Notes: generated by a model from the letters alone, not told the origin. A stretch of DNA of 64,000 nucleotides from Squalus acanthias (GCA_030390025.1 CM059431.1:106208001-106272000), one strand, 5' to 3'. Positions 35,602 through 49,056 are shown, numbered from the stretch's first letter. Numbers and translations: made by a program.

Positions 35602-35838
35602 ATAGGAAGATAGGAACAGGAGGAGACCATTCAGCTCTTCGAGCCTGTTCCGCCATTCAATTAGAACGTGGCTGATCTGTATCTTAACTCCATCCACCCG
35701 CCTTGGTTCCGTAACCCTTGATACCCTTTGCCTAACAAAAATCTAGCAATCTCAGTTTTGAAATTTTCAGTTGACCCCCCAGCCTAAACAGCTTTTTGGG
35801 GCTGAGAGTTCCATATTTCCACTACCTTTTGTGTGAAT
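35602..35838 (-). mobile_element. CR1 3' end
   Basis: Matches 22569-22878. Confidence 0.85.
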
Positions 35839-36884
35839 GTTATCACGAAAAGCATCAGTTTTGCAAAGAAATTATCCATGTATTTGTGACTTGCTCTGCA
35901 GTGATATTTCTGAAGAATAAACACTTGCATTTTATGAAGAAAATCCCCAGTGTAAAAGAATATACATAAAACATCACATAGATAAGCTACTGAGAAATGA
36001 ATAGATTGCTGTTTTTGAATAATATTGCTGGTGATATACAGTTAATCTGTTTGACAAACATCCCTACAGCTTCATTACTTTGTGGAAATCAGCTGTTATC
36101 CACCTGGTCTCATATGCAACCAGCTAACCACAGGGAATTTACACTTTAAAAAGAGTATTAAGGGGGAAAAAAAATCCTAATGATAGATATTGGCTTCCAA
36201 TTATATTAGCTTTCACTTCAAAACATGACAAGGTGCTTTGCAGAATAAATTGCCGTTACACAGGCAAATAGAACAGCTTTCCTCCAGCAACTATGAGATG
36301 AGGGACTAATTCATTAGTTTCAGGTGGTTTTGGTTGCAGGAAGAATGTCGGGCAGGACACTAAGAAAACTTTCTGCTCTTCCAGTGCCATGGGACCTGCA
36401 ACATCCGCCTGGACTACCAGAACAGGAAGACCAGACTTCTGTTTAACGCCTCATCTGATGGACAGAGGTACAGAGTCAACAACTAGCTTTCCAGCTTACT
36501 TGTCCTCTTGTAAGCCAACTAACTTCAATTATCTTCCTCCACTTGTTAGAATGGGAAATCTGCACTATAGATCTTGTTCCCCACACCAGTCATATGACAT
36601 CATTCTGGATGGTGATGTAAATAACCCAATATTTGACAAGTCAATGAGTGTGAAATTCGCCTTGCCCGATAGCAAATTGCCATAGCCAGTTTTGCACTGT
36701 CCGTTTTTCATTATAAATCTGGGGGGGGGGGGTGGTGGGGGGGTTGTAAAACGGGCTGCCGATTCACTGTTGCCTATCTTGCGTTACTGCCCAAAATGAA
36801 TTTCGCCCCCAATATTTATGGGATTATCCTTTTTATTCCATTTATGAGCAAGAACTTTTTGGGTCCTCAGAGTAGCAAAATATA

Positions 36885-37170
36885 TTACATGGGATATACA
36901 GCACAGAAACAGACCATTCGGCCCAACCAGTCCATGCCGGCGTTTATGCTCCACTCGAGCCTCCTCCTGTCTTTCCTCATCTAAATCTATCAGCGTAACC
37001 CTCTATTCCCTTCTCCCTCATATGCTTGTCTAGCCTCCCCTTAAATGCATCTATACTATTGGCTTCAACTACTCCCTGTGGTAGCGAGTTCCATATTCTC
37101 ACGACTCTTTGGGTAAAGAAGTTTCTTCTGAATTCCGTTTTGGATTTCTTGGTGACTATCTTATATTGAT
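36885..37170 (-). mobile_element. CR1 3' end (second subfamily)
   Basis: Matches 60215-60510. Confidence 0.85.
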
Positions 37171-37699
37171 ATTAAACATGTTGCTGTCTAAGTACAGGGA
37201 CAATTTAATAGGCTTTAGGACATTTTAATAGACTTTAATATTCACGTACCCTTCTATCAAAGTACTGTTGAGGTGTGTTAATACATTGGTAAATAAGCCG
37301 CACCCACGCCAGAATTATTTTTCATGAGTGTTTCTGCAACATACATAATTAATACTGCAATATCTACTTTCACAACAGAAAGCTTTCATTTGGGATCCCA
37401 TGGTTTCAACGTCCTGTCTGATTATTCGATAGTAGACATATTTTAGTTTTATGTAGAATGATGTCCTGCGAATAAACTATGTAGCTGCCAACAAAGCCAC
37501 GAGCTAGCAGGAGGTGTCATTTGACTAGTGGATAAAAGCTGATTGAGAGTCAGTTGGCACAGTACGATCTCTCCATCTGCAGAGGCAGGTGTCACAATAG
37601 TGACTCATAATCTCGCCCACAGGTCAGAAAAACAATGTTAAAGTTGATGAAACATTGAGATCTGAAACTTCTGGGAGCCTGAGGGTTTGATCAAAAGAT

Positions 37700-38728
37700 C
37701 ACAAGATAATTACAGTTGAAGGAGGTCATTTGACCCATTTTGATTAACCCATCCAGACAAATCCTAACGTCACCCCGTTGTAGCATCCAATTGTTTCTCA
37801 AATCATTCCAGCGCTTTTGCCTTCACCAATCTATCTGGAGGTTTATTCCACATGCTGATCACTCTTTGTGTGAATAATCATTTCCTGATATCCGTGCTAA
37901 ATGTACCCTTCATTCTTTTCAACCTGTGTCTCCTAGATCTACTCCCGCAGTTCAATTTAAAAATAATATTCTGGGTTAATGTTTTTTATACCCTTAACAA
38001 CCTTATATACCTCTATAAGATCTCTCAGTCGCCTCCTTCCCAGCCGGAAAGGCCCAAGTTTCTCCTGTCTTTCCTCATAACTCAGACACAGACAGGGCTC
38101 CAAGGGTTAGAGTATGAGGAGAGATTACATAAACTAGGCCTGTATTCCCTGGAATATAGAAGGTTAAGGTACGATTTGATTGAGGTTTTTTAGTATTTTG
38201 AAAGGAACTGATAGGATAGATAGAGAAAAACTTGTTCTGCTGGTGGGGGAGTGTAAGACAAGGGGACATAACCTTAAAATCAGAGCCAGGCCATTCAGGA
38301 GAGAAGTTAGAAGTTAGGAAACACTTCTTCTGCAAAGGGTGGTAGAAATGTGGAACTCTCTCCCACAAAAAACAGATGATGTTAGCTCAATTAATAGTTT
38401 GAAATGTGAGAATGATAGATTTTTGCTAGACAAGGGTATAAAAGGATATGGAGCCAAGGTGGATGGAGTTAAGATACAGATCAGCCATGATCTCAGTGAA
38501 TGGCCGAACAGGCTTGAGGGGTTGAATGGCCTCCTCCTGTTCCTATGTTCCTTGACACTAGAGATCAGCCTCATGACTCTTTTCTGCATTGCTTCCAGCA
38601 CTTGAACATCTCTCTAGTTTCAAGGCAACTAGAACTGAACGCAGTATTCAAAATGCAGTCTGACTAGAGGACTATAATATTTAATTATTACCTCCTCTGA
38701 CTTACATTCTACTGTTTTGAGTTTCCAA
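37700..38728 (-). mobile_element. Old CR1 (minus) containing a younger plus-strand CR1 3' end at about 38090-38552
   Basis: Old copy: LVRLHFEYCVQF and LEAMQKRVMRLI. Insert: YEERLHKLGLYSLE..WNSLP. Confidence 0.75.
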
Positions 38729-40583
38729 GGCCGGAATTTTGTGGGGTTCAGCGGGCACGATTGGTGGCGGGTCAGGAGGGAAAGTGATTTTTTTTGACAG
38801 CGGGTCAGGACCCCGCTGTGAACCCACCACCACGCGCCTTTCCCCGATGTTGGGTCTGTCAGCACTGAGCAGACCCGACACGCAGCAGTAGGGGACCCAA
38901 TTCAGGTAATTAGTGGCTTGTTTAAAGCCACTTAAGAATGATTTTCAGCTTACCTTCAGCATTTGACAGCTCGCCCACAGGGTCCACTCTGGTCGTGGAT
39001 CATGTCTGTCAAGCTGAGGCGGGAGTTCCGTGACTATTGCTCCAGCTGATTCCTTGACAACTTCAAATGTAATGTAAAAGCTCCCACCTTACAGAGATAT
39101 CTTCCCTCAGCCACAAACTCTTCCTCACTGCATTTCCACTACAGATTCACCATGCTGCAAGTCTTTACACAAGTCTCCATCCAGTCTGACCTCATTACCT
39201 CTCTCACCATTGACAGATCGCTTTTTCATCTCTACTTCACCTGCCATCTATTCCATCAGCATGGGTGCCCTTTATACGCTCTTACCTTGGTCCTCAGAAT
39301 CCCACCACAATCAGCCCCAACACCAGCATTACCAGGCACACCAGCAGCACCAACAACACCACCAACCTTCTCCGCAATCAACTGATGCTGCACAGGACAC
39401 AGGGCATCAGCACCTGACCACATTGCTGCCCAGGAGGCCAGGAATGACCTCACCATGGCCAGATTTATTTCACTTGACGCTGTACACCCATATGGCTGCA
39501 CATGATGCACCAGGTTGGCACCACCCCACACCAACACAATAAAGCATCCCTACAATGCCCAAGCCATTCCTTTCAGACTCATCACCATTTCAGGGGGTAC
39601 CGTTATGTCTCACCATTCACTGCAACTCACTAAGCCACTTCCAAAGGTGCACACAAATCTGTCCAAGAATGCAAAGTGTTGAAAATAAAGGTTTCAATGT
39701 TTGACACCACATTAACAGAAACTTTACATGAACATTGCATAAAACACCCAAGTGCCTACCCTTGTGTGTTGTTAGTTGGTATGATTGCACTAGGATGAGG
39801 GTGAGTGTGGGGGGTGTAGGGGGTGGTGTGGTAGCCAAATTCGTGTTAAGATCCAAAAATCACTCCCTTTAGGGTTCTATTCGAGTTTCTGGGGGATTTT
39901 GCGAAGCCTACAGGGTGGCTAGTGAGATGGGGATGTGATACTGTAGATCAAGAGGGATGGGTGGAAGTCCAAGGTAAGTTGGTGTGAGTAAGAATGTGCA
40001 GGACTAGGGTAGGGAAGGCAGAGTGATGGGGATGTGATGAGAGGCACAGCAGGATGAGGTTGAGTGTGGCTTTGTACTAACATTTCGTGATCTACTGAGA
40101 TCATTGAAATGTTTGCGGCACAGCACCCAGGTCCTCCTGACCACATCCCTGCTTGTGCCCTCCTCTGCAATGTGCAACCAGGCTGTGTTGGTCTCCTGGG
40201 GAGGTATCTTCCGCCCATGGGAAGGGAAGAGGACCTCCCTGCGTGCATATGGAGGGAGTCATGGGAGAGCCTGGGTGCAGCCCTGTGCCTCTGTGCAGTG
40301 ATTGTCAGTGTTTGCAGCATCTCAATGCCGTAGAACACTGACAGCACAAATGTCAAAATAAAGTTGGCCGTGGTCCCGGTAAGGAAACCGGCTGATGACG
40401 CGTCATCAAATGATGTCACCAGACCCGCTTCCTCTAATTGGCCGGGAAAGGCACTGGGCGGGGCTGAACAAGCCCAATCACGGTAAATTCATTTCACAGC
40501 GTGGGATGGAGCCGGCAGCGGGGTCGGGACCCGCCACTGACGTCGCCCGCCACAGATCCACCAAGGTTGGTAACATCCCGGCC
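38729..40583. mobile_element. Internally deleted Harbinger DNA transposon
   Basis: CAA TSD; TIR GGCCGGAATTTT / AACATCCCGGCC. Minus-strand Myb/SANT remnant RREVLFPSHGRK..AWLHIAEE..RRTWVLCRKHFNDL near 40080-40300. Confidence 0.85.
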
Positions 40584-41099
40584 CAAGATTCAGGTATTAT
40601 TAATAGTGCTGTGTTGGTCAGGAATGTTAGAACTATCTACTGATGGTTGAAGGACCCGCATGGAAGCTGTGGGAGGATTTGATGCAAAAGCAGCAGCAAA
40701 TTCACCTGCACGCTAACCAGTGGCAAGCTGCAGGCAACACGTCCCTATAAACTATTATCTATAAGCAAAAAGGTTATATCAGTAGTAGAAGGAGATGGCA
40801 GTGATATTTCAGAAGCTGTTTTTCTTCTAATAGATCCATTTAGAAGTATGTCATCACAAGTGGAGAAGTGTGTCACAGGATTGCATTCTGTAGTCAGATT
40901 CGCAGCGTTACTTGGTCAGTGGAGATGCAATTGAGTTTCCCAGTTTGTCAGAATGGTGCGGGCACATGACACTTGAGTGTGCTTGCTATTTGTCTGGCAT
41001 ACTTCCAAAAATAACGAGGTGAGGAGGAAGTGAGCACTGGTGGCTGTCGGAAGGAATAGGAGGTGCAGGCTAAGTCGTGCCTCGTTGAGGATTTTTTTT

Positions 41100-41532
41100 G
41101 GGCAGGCTCAGTTCCGTTTCAGAAGGTCGTGGGTTCAAGTCCCACGCCAGAGAGTTGAGGACCGAATCCAGGCCGACGCTCCCAAGTGCAGTACTGAGGG
41201 AGCGCAGCACTGTCGAAGGCGGCGTCTTTCAGATGAGACGTTAAAGCGAGGCTCCATCTGCCCTCTCAGGTGGACGTAAAAGATCCCATGCCAACATTTT
41301 GAAGAAGAGCAGGGGAGTTCTCCCCGGTGTCCTGGTCAATATTTATCCCTCAACCAACATCTGGTCATCATCACATTGCTGTTTGTGGGAGCTTGCTGTG
41401 CGCAAATTGGCTGCCGCGTTTCCTACATTGCAACAGTGACTGCACTTCAAGAGTACTTCATTGGCTGTAAAGCACTTTGGGACATCCTGAAGTCGTGAAA
41501 GGTGCTATATAAATGCAACTTCTTTATTTCTT
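41100..41532 (+). mobile_element. SacSINE1-like SINE
   Basis: B box GGTTCAAGTCC, body and tail. Confidence 0.85.
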
Positions 41533-42094
41533 TGCTAACAGCCTGGAAAGAAATGCTCTATAAACTACCACCTCAAAATGTAGTCCCCGTTCTGTAGAAT
41601 TAAATTAACCTTTTTTTGTGTGTTTTATCTTTTTAATCTTTGTTTTCGCAAAAAAGATAAAAATTCCAAATATGTTAGAAATGGCTACCCAGCCATTCCA
41701 AACACTTACCATGGCAATTGCATCACTTTAACAGAATGATGTCTTGGCTTTTAACACACTTGAATCTGAAAGCTCACAAAAACAGGATGATACTGTGTCA
41801 CAAAAAGATGGAATTATGTGGTTGACTATCTCTGTGCACTTGGCACATTTTGGTGCGGGGGGGGGGGGGGTTGGTGGTGGTGGAGAGCTAGAAATAAAAA
41901 GCAACTATGTTTGGTTTGTTAAAGTTGAGATTTCAATCGACGTAAGGTATGACGGAGACTTATCACCAATAATTCATTTGCTTGGGTTTTGCCATCCCAA
42001 AGACTTCAAATTTGGTGGTAACGGAAACGCCTCAAAGTAAAAGCAACTGCTACACCCGTCAGTGATTGGTCGGGAGAATACTAGGTATGACTAA

Positions 42095-42330
42095 AGAGTG
42101 TGGTTAGAATGTGGAACTCGCTGCCACATGGAGTAGTTGAGACAAATAGCACAGATGCAGTTAAGGGGAAGCTAGATAAACACATGAGGGAGAAAGGAAT
42201 AGAAGGACATGCTGACAGGGTGAGATGAAGCAGGGTGGGAGAAGGCTCGTGTGGAGCATAAACACCGGCATGGACCTGTTGGCCTTAACGGCCTGTTTCT
42301 GTGCTGTAGATTCTATGTCATTCTATGACT
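42095..42330 (+). mobile_element. CR1 3' end
   Basis: GAATGTGGAACTCGCT..GGCCTGTTTCTGTGCTG, ATTCTATG tail. Confidence 0.85.
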
Positions 42331-42369
42331 ATGTAAACCCAATGTAGCCTGTATCTCTGCTTCCCATCA

Positions 42370-42600
42370 TAAGAACATAAGAAAGAGGAGCAGGAGTCGG
42401 CCATTCGGCCCTTCGAGCCTGCTCCACCATTCAATGAAATCATGGCTGATCTCCTGCCTCAACTCCATTCACCGGCCCTATCGCCATATCCCTTGATGCC
42501 CTTACGAGTCAGAAATCTATCGACTTCTGTTTTGAATATACCCGATGACTGAGCCTCCACCGCCCTCTGGGGTAGAGAATTCCAAAGAGTCACCACCCTC
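42370..42600 (-). mobile_element. CR1 3' end
   Basis: AAGAACATAAG tail; matches 56451-56719. Confidence 0.85.
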
Positions 42601-43611
42601 AATGCAACTGTGATGATTGTGGCAGAATGCAAAGCTCCAACAAGAGGGGGAAAGGGGGAAAAACACAGTACAAGAAAGGGTTAAATATATGTATTGTGCC
42701 TGAACTACTATATAGATAATTCTCTGAAGTGAACAGAAGAAAGAACTTAAGCTGGGAACAGACATGGTAGAAAAAAAGAGTATAAGTATACAGCTGCAAG
42801 GCTAAGCAGTGCAAAGTACCAGCAAGAACATCTCCTGCATTCTATTGCTGACCTTTAGCTAAAATCAATTAAGTTCGGCAGTTGAAGTGAAATTAAGAAA
42901 GCAGTCAGCCAGAATCTGTTCAGCAAGGCTGAACAGTCAGGAGCGGTGTGCTCTAAAATAGTTAGCGCGAGCTGAAGGTGAGAAGGCTGAGGCAGCGACT
43001 TTGGTCAAAGATTCTGGATCTGCACATAAAAAGTACAAAGTAATGTTGAAATAAATTACATACAACTTCACCAGAAGATCTGGGCTATTTCACAAGTTAG
43101 AATTAGTACCCAAACAAATCACGCAAAGCCCTTTTTTTTTTACTGTCCGCTTTGGTTTCCAGGCCAAGAGGTCAGGCCGCTGACCTTTTCCAGGCCTTTG
43201 CCAATGCACCCTTTCATGCTGGCCAACAAGTAGACAAGAGCTGCCTCGGGTAGCTCACCAGCCAATTCTTTTCTCTCTCACCTTCTCTTCACCTGTCGCA
43301 TTCCCTTAACAGCCTGACAGAGAACATAGGCTGTGGGAAAACACTGGCGCGAATCCCCAACATAATATGGGCGGTGTTCTGATGTCCTTCCAACTTCAGC
43401 TCCTTTTAAAGGATCCTCAGTAATAACAAAATACAATGAAGAGATGAGAAAGCTTGAAGGTGCAATTTCCTGCATATCAGCAATGCAATAACTCTACCAC
43501 AAAATGCACTAACAGGCAGGTGTAATAAAAGGTTATGTATGTGATATCTCACAGAAAAATACCATGCTAAGCATTGCGTAAACTTCCAATTCACGTCACA
43601 ATAAACCATTA

Positions 43612-44170
43612 ACTGTGTGCAGTTTTGGTCTCCTTACCTAAGAAAGGATATACTTGCCATAGAGGGAATGCAGCGAAGGTTCACCAGACTGAATCCTGGG
43701 ATGGCAGAACTGTCGTATGAGGAGAGATTGGGTCGACTAGACCTGTATTCACTAGAGTTTAGAAGAATGAGAGGGGATCTCATTGAAACGTATAAAATTC
43801 TGACAGGGCTAGACAGACTGGATGCAGGGAGGATGTTTCCCCTGGCTGGGGGGGGGGGGGTCTAGAACGAGGGGTCACAGTCTCAGGATACGGGGTAGGA
43901 CATTTAGGACTGAGATGAGGAGAAATTTCTTCACTCAGAGGGTGGTGAACCTGTGGAATTCTCTACCACAGAAGGCTGTGGAGGCCAAGTCACTGAATAT
44001 ATTTAAGAAGGAGATAGATAGATTTCTAGACACAAAAGGCATCAAGGGGTATGGGGAGAGAGTGGGAATATGGTATTGAGATAGAGGATCAGCCATGATC
44101 ATATTGAATGGCGGAGCAGGCTCGAAGGGCTGAATGGCCTACTCCTGCTCCTATTTTTCTATGTTTCTAT
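43612..44170 (+). mobile_element. CR1 3' end
   Basis: VQFWSPYLRKD..LWNSLP; frameshift at a G-run near 43850; TTTCTATG tail. Confidence 0.92.
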
Positions 44171-44784
44171 TAATGTAAACACTTCTCTCTATATGTGGAG
44201 CCTGATAGAAACAACGGAAGGTCTGAAATGGAGAAATAAATGTCATTACCATTCACTAACTGTTGTGTAAGGTTTCCACAACAGACAATGGCTGTTTTAC
44301 TATGAAGTGACTCAAGGGGAAATGACACTAATAGGGTTTGGACCTTCTCCCCCCGCCCCCCCCCTAAAAAAAATAACCATTTTGTTGGTATATTTCACAC
44401 TGGCAGTCATAAAGTTTGGATTGTGATTCTAGTCTTGCGTTTGAATTCTCCACCCACTCACTTACAAACAGGAGAAGAATTCAAGGCACATTCAAGGCAC
44501 GTTCCTCTGAGGAGAAGCGTCCTCTCTGAGGAACTGTAAATATGAAAAAGAAAAAGAAAAGGAATGGCCTGGAGAAGAAGAATGGTTGGACTCCCATTCC
44601 CAGAAGATACTGAGACAGGCTATTCCTGTGAGTCTGCAGACAACACCCTCAGTGCGTGATAACAGAAATAGATTGAGCCTGTGGATGACTGAATCTAAAC
44701 AAGGGGACTGTATGATCATGTTCAGTTATTATATTTAAATGTTCATGCCAGGAGGTCACTAATGGCATAAATGAATAATAGTAG

Positions 44785-45210
44785 GAATGGGAGGTACAGC
44801 ACAGGAGGCCATTCGGCCCATCGCACCTGTGCTGGCTCTTTGAAAGAGCTCTCCAATTAGTCCCACTCCCCTGCTCTTTCCCCATAGCCCTGCAAATTGT
44901 TCCTTTTTGTAGGTTATAGTAAGAAAGAATGGTTTGAAAAAATCGGAGCTCTTATTCACTGTAACAGAGAAGGTTAAAGGGGAATTGAATAAAGGTTTTC
45001 AAGATTATTTGCGGTTTTAAGAACATAAATAGTGAAAGATTATATCCACTGCTTGGCTAAATTTGTAGCAGGAATACTTTACCACAAGCAGCTATTGAGG
45101 CAGAGGTTAGAACATCTTTTAAAAGGAAATGGATAAGTAGTTGAAAAGGAAAAAGGTAAAAGGAATAGGCAGGAAACACAGTACAATTATGATGGCCAAA
45201 TGTCCTCTTG
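44785..45210. mobile_element. Two old CR1 3' fragments in opposite orientation
   Basis: CACAGGAGGCCATTCGGCCC (minus) and a degenerate GAGAAGGTTAAAGGGG..GATGGCCAAATG (plus). Confidence 0.55.
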
Positions 45211-45680
45211 CTCTGCTGCGAGCCAAAACTTTAAGTGCTCACTCCCAATGCATTTATGTGGTCATGCTGATCATTTTTACCCTCAGTTCCTGTTTAATCT
45301 CCAAAAGGCAACATTCTTCAATGAACTGTTACTTTCTGATGTCACACATCAATCAGCTATGCTTCCTGCTGTGCCTAAAGCAATGGACTGAATTATTCCC
45401 AGGTGCACAGTGTCCTTGTTGCACTAAAGTGAAGCTAATATATACTCATAAAAGAATCAAATCTCATTATATTTAAGTATGTCCCAAATGGTGCAAAAAA
45501 GTACTTTGCAGAATTTTGAAAAGCAGAGTGCAAAAAAGAGGATTTTATTCCCCCCATGTATACCCACTTTAAAAAATGTATGATCAGAAATACACACCAG
45601 CTTCAAACAAGGCAACCCGTTAGGCAACATTGCTGCAATCCAATACTTCTTTCAACTGGATCAAAATATTTTCTGATGCA

Positions 45681-46094
45681 GCCTCGATTTTAAAATTCTC
45701 ATCTTGTTTTCAAATCCCTCCATGATCCTCGCCTCCCCATCCCTATCTCTGTAACCTCCTCCAGCCCCACAACCCTCCAAGATACCTGCGCTCTTCCAAT
45801 TCTGGCCTCTTGAGCAACCCCGATTATAATCGCTCCACTATTGGCAGCCGTGCCTTCAGCTGCCAAGGCCTTAAGCTTTGGAATTCCCTCCCTAAACCTC
45901 TCCGTCTTTCTACCTCTCTCTCCTACTTTGAGGCGCTCCTTAAAACCTACCTCTTTGACCAAGCTTTTGGTCATCTGCCCTAATATCTCTTTATGGGGCT
46001 CGGTGTCAAATTTTGCTTGATAATGCTTCTGCTAAGCACCTTGGGGTGTTTTACTACGTTAAAGGCGCTATATTAATACAAGTTGTTGTTGTTG
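45681..46094 (+). mobile_element. L2 LINE 3' end
   Basis: Matches 7945-8413; (GTT)n tail. Confidence 0.85.
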
Positions 46095-46169
46095 CTTATG
46101 CATGGACTTCATTCTTTCTCTATCTTCAGGTTGACTTCTGTTCAAATATTTACATGTATAAAATTTTGA

Positions 46170-46283
46170 GTTACATAGGATATACAGCACAGAAACAGGC
46201 CATTCGGCCCAACCAGTCCATGCCAACGTTTATGCTCCACACGATGCTCCTCACATCTTTCCCCCATCTAACTCTATCAGCAC
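46170..46283 (-). mobile_element. CR1 3' UTR fragment
   Basis: TACAGCACAGAAACAGGCCATTCGGCCC. Confidence 0.8.
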
Positions 46284-46599
46284 GTCCATTAAGTGTCACA
46301 CATACAAATTTCTGCATCACTTTTAAAATAAAGACTCTAAAAAGAGAGAAAGAAATTATTCCCAGTCCATCGAGAAACTTCATTAGCAACACAAAATACC
46401 TTCGGACTAACATTGAGCTTCAGTGTGTCTTGAAAAGCAATTTACCTCTAACTGACCTCAGTTGTGCACCAATTAGAACTCATGACTTTTAAGGGAAAGT
46501 TCAGGTATCAGACTGCTGGCTCTTAGCAGCAGAATAATACACAGTGTATAGTGTGTTATAATACTCCTGTCCTTCTCAACCAGCATGTCATGATTTACA

Positions 46600-46940
46600 T
46601 TGAGTTACATCGAGTCTACAGCACCGAAACAGGCCATTCGGCCCAACTGGTCCATGCTGGCGTTTATGCTTCACATGAGCTTCCTCCCACTCTTCTTCAT
46701 CTAGCCCTGTCTGTATACCCTTCTATTCCTTTCTTCCTCATGTGCTTATCTAGCTTCCCCTTAGATGTGTCTATGCTATTCGCCTTAACTATTCCCTGTG
46801 GTAGCGAGTTCCACATTCTCACCACTCTCTGGGTAAAGAAGTTTCTCCTGAATTCCCTATTGGATTTATTAGTGACTATCTTATATTTATGACTCTAGTT
46901 CTGGTCTCCCCCCACAAGTGGAAACATTTTCTCCACTTCC
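46600..46940 (-). mobile_element. CR1 3' end
   Basis: Matches 60215-60560. Confidence 0.85.
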
Positions 46941-48234
46941 ACTCAATTTGATCAATGCCACAGATCTTGTTAGTCTTTTTTTAATGAAACTAATTATCAA
47001 GCTGAACGAGGTCAGCAATGGTAAAAGGAAGGAGTTAGGACACAAGTCAGCAGTGGGTTATCAGACTGAAGCAGTAGTGTTTCACGTATATTATGGACAG
47101 CAAGGGGTACTACTAGAGATAAGATGGGCCAAATGGCGGCCTCCTGTGGCGTAAACATCTATGATTCTGTGAAGAAACGTTAAAAGACCTGATCATGTTC
47201 AGATCGCAGATTGCAAGTGTGGCCAAAATGCAAATAAAAAGGCCCAAATCATGCCTCTTATCATAAAAGGGTTGGAGCACTGTGCCAGAGAGTTTATCAA
47301 CAGCACCTAACAGATTCTAAGCACAGCTAGTAGGAAACAGAGTGCAACAGAAAATGAAGGACGGGTTAATATTCCGCCTCAGTCTTTTATTCAAAATTAA
47401 AGCAGGACTTCATGCCAGGGCAAAGGTTACACATTTACCTCCCACCAACTAGCCAAGAAGAATGAGCAATCTGTTCAGACTCCGCTCGAGTCATCTTGGT
47501 ACAAATCCGCTGAGGGGGTTCATCATTCATCTGTACAACCAATTGTGCCAAGCAAGAGGGAGCACTGTTTCAGCGACACCTCCATCATTGCAGAGTATAG
47601 TCAGCTGAATGCTCTGCTCTTTGCTCTTACAAAAATAAATCAGCCCTCGTGCAAACAAATATAAAAATCACTGAAAAAATGCTGAATGATGAAGCCGAGC
47701 AGTGCTTGCAACAAATCACATCAACAAATCCTGCGCCCTAATTCCAATGGTTCAGATTGGGATTTGTTTACCCCATCCATCAGTGCGTAATGTATCTCTT
47801 TCTGGAGTTCTCTCTGCAAGCAGCCGATTTCAAAAAATGACTGCTGATCCACGATGCCACATAAATGCTTTCTTTGGCATGAAACCCAAGAGTGGAAAAC
47901 AAAAAATGGTGAATCAATTCATAAAGAAAGTGCAAATAGAAATAGGTCTCCAATGTTCGCTTCGGCTCTGCTCCAACAGTCACATGATTCTAGCATTCAG
48001 ATGCAGGGTCCTTCTGTTTTGCTTACATGCATCCAAGTGGAGAACAGTAGATTAAACTAATGCCAAAATCACCTCAGGAGCCAAGAACAGCTGTCAGCTT
48101 CAGGAGCACCTACCATGACTGAAGGGCCACTAAACATTCGAACTTTAAAGTAGTGTTATTGTTACAACGCACCAGCTTCCAATAACGAAAAGACTTATTT
48201 TCCTCCAAACTTTAATCCATGCCCTAATTTAAAT

Positions 48235-49056
48235 TTAAATTACTCATGTGACTCGGCCAACGTTGTCTACCTCATACGTTGCAGGCAAAGGATGCCCCGG
48301 AGCATGGTACATCGGCGAGACCATGCAGACACTGCGACAACGTATGAACGGACACCGCGCAACAATCGCCAGGCAGGAGTGTTACCTCCCAGTCGGGGAA
48401 CACTTCAGCAGTCAAGGACATTCAGCCTCCGATCTTCGGGTAAGCGTTCTCCAAGGGGGCCTTCGAGACACACGACAACGCAAAATCATCGAGCAGAAAC
48501 TGATAGCCAAGTTCCGCACCCATGCGGACGGCCTCAACCGGGATCTTGGGTTCATGTCACGCTACATGTAACCCCACCTGACGTAGAGTCATCCAGACTC
48601 GAGTCGTCGCTGGCTTGTTCTCTCTACACAGATGCGGCCGGACCTGCTGTGATTTCCAGCAAAAAAAGTAAAAAAAAAATTTCCATACAGACCCCAGCAT
48701 CTGCCACATTTGACCCCTTGTGACCCCACCTCATTGTCTTTGTTGTATTTTGCTATTGTCTTTGATGTAATGTCTTCCTGACTGACCTGGTTGGACACCG
48801 TCCACACCTTTGATTGCCGTGATTGTCTCTCTGCCGAGGTGTGATAAAGGGCAGTTAGAAAGATTAACTGTAATCGTCTGGCAGTGTTCTCTGACTATAT
48901 ATGCTGTGCCCATATGTATTTCTTCACTTCACCTGACGAAGGAGCAGCGCTCCGAAAGGTTGTGATTTCAAATAAAGCTGTTGGACTATAACCTGGTGTT
49001 GTGCGACTTCTCACTTTTGTCCACCTCAGTCCAACACCGGCATCTCCGCATCATGG
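48235..49056 (+). mobile_element. 5'-truncated Penelope-like element (GIY-YIG end + pLTR)
   Basis: YSCDSANVVYLIRCRQ/GCPGAWYIGET..R..H..E..GLN with one frameshift, stop at 48571; probable TSD CTAATTTAAAT. Confidence 0.9.
48929..48965 (+). ncRNA. Minimal hammerhead ribozyme motif
   Basis: tcac CTGACGA A GGAGC agc GCTCC GAAA G GTT gtga. Confidence 0.6.

Noticed and set aside
39210..39542. Gln/His-rich host protein
   Set aside because: Lies inside the TSD-bounded Harbinger element.
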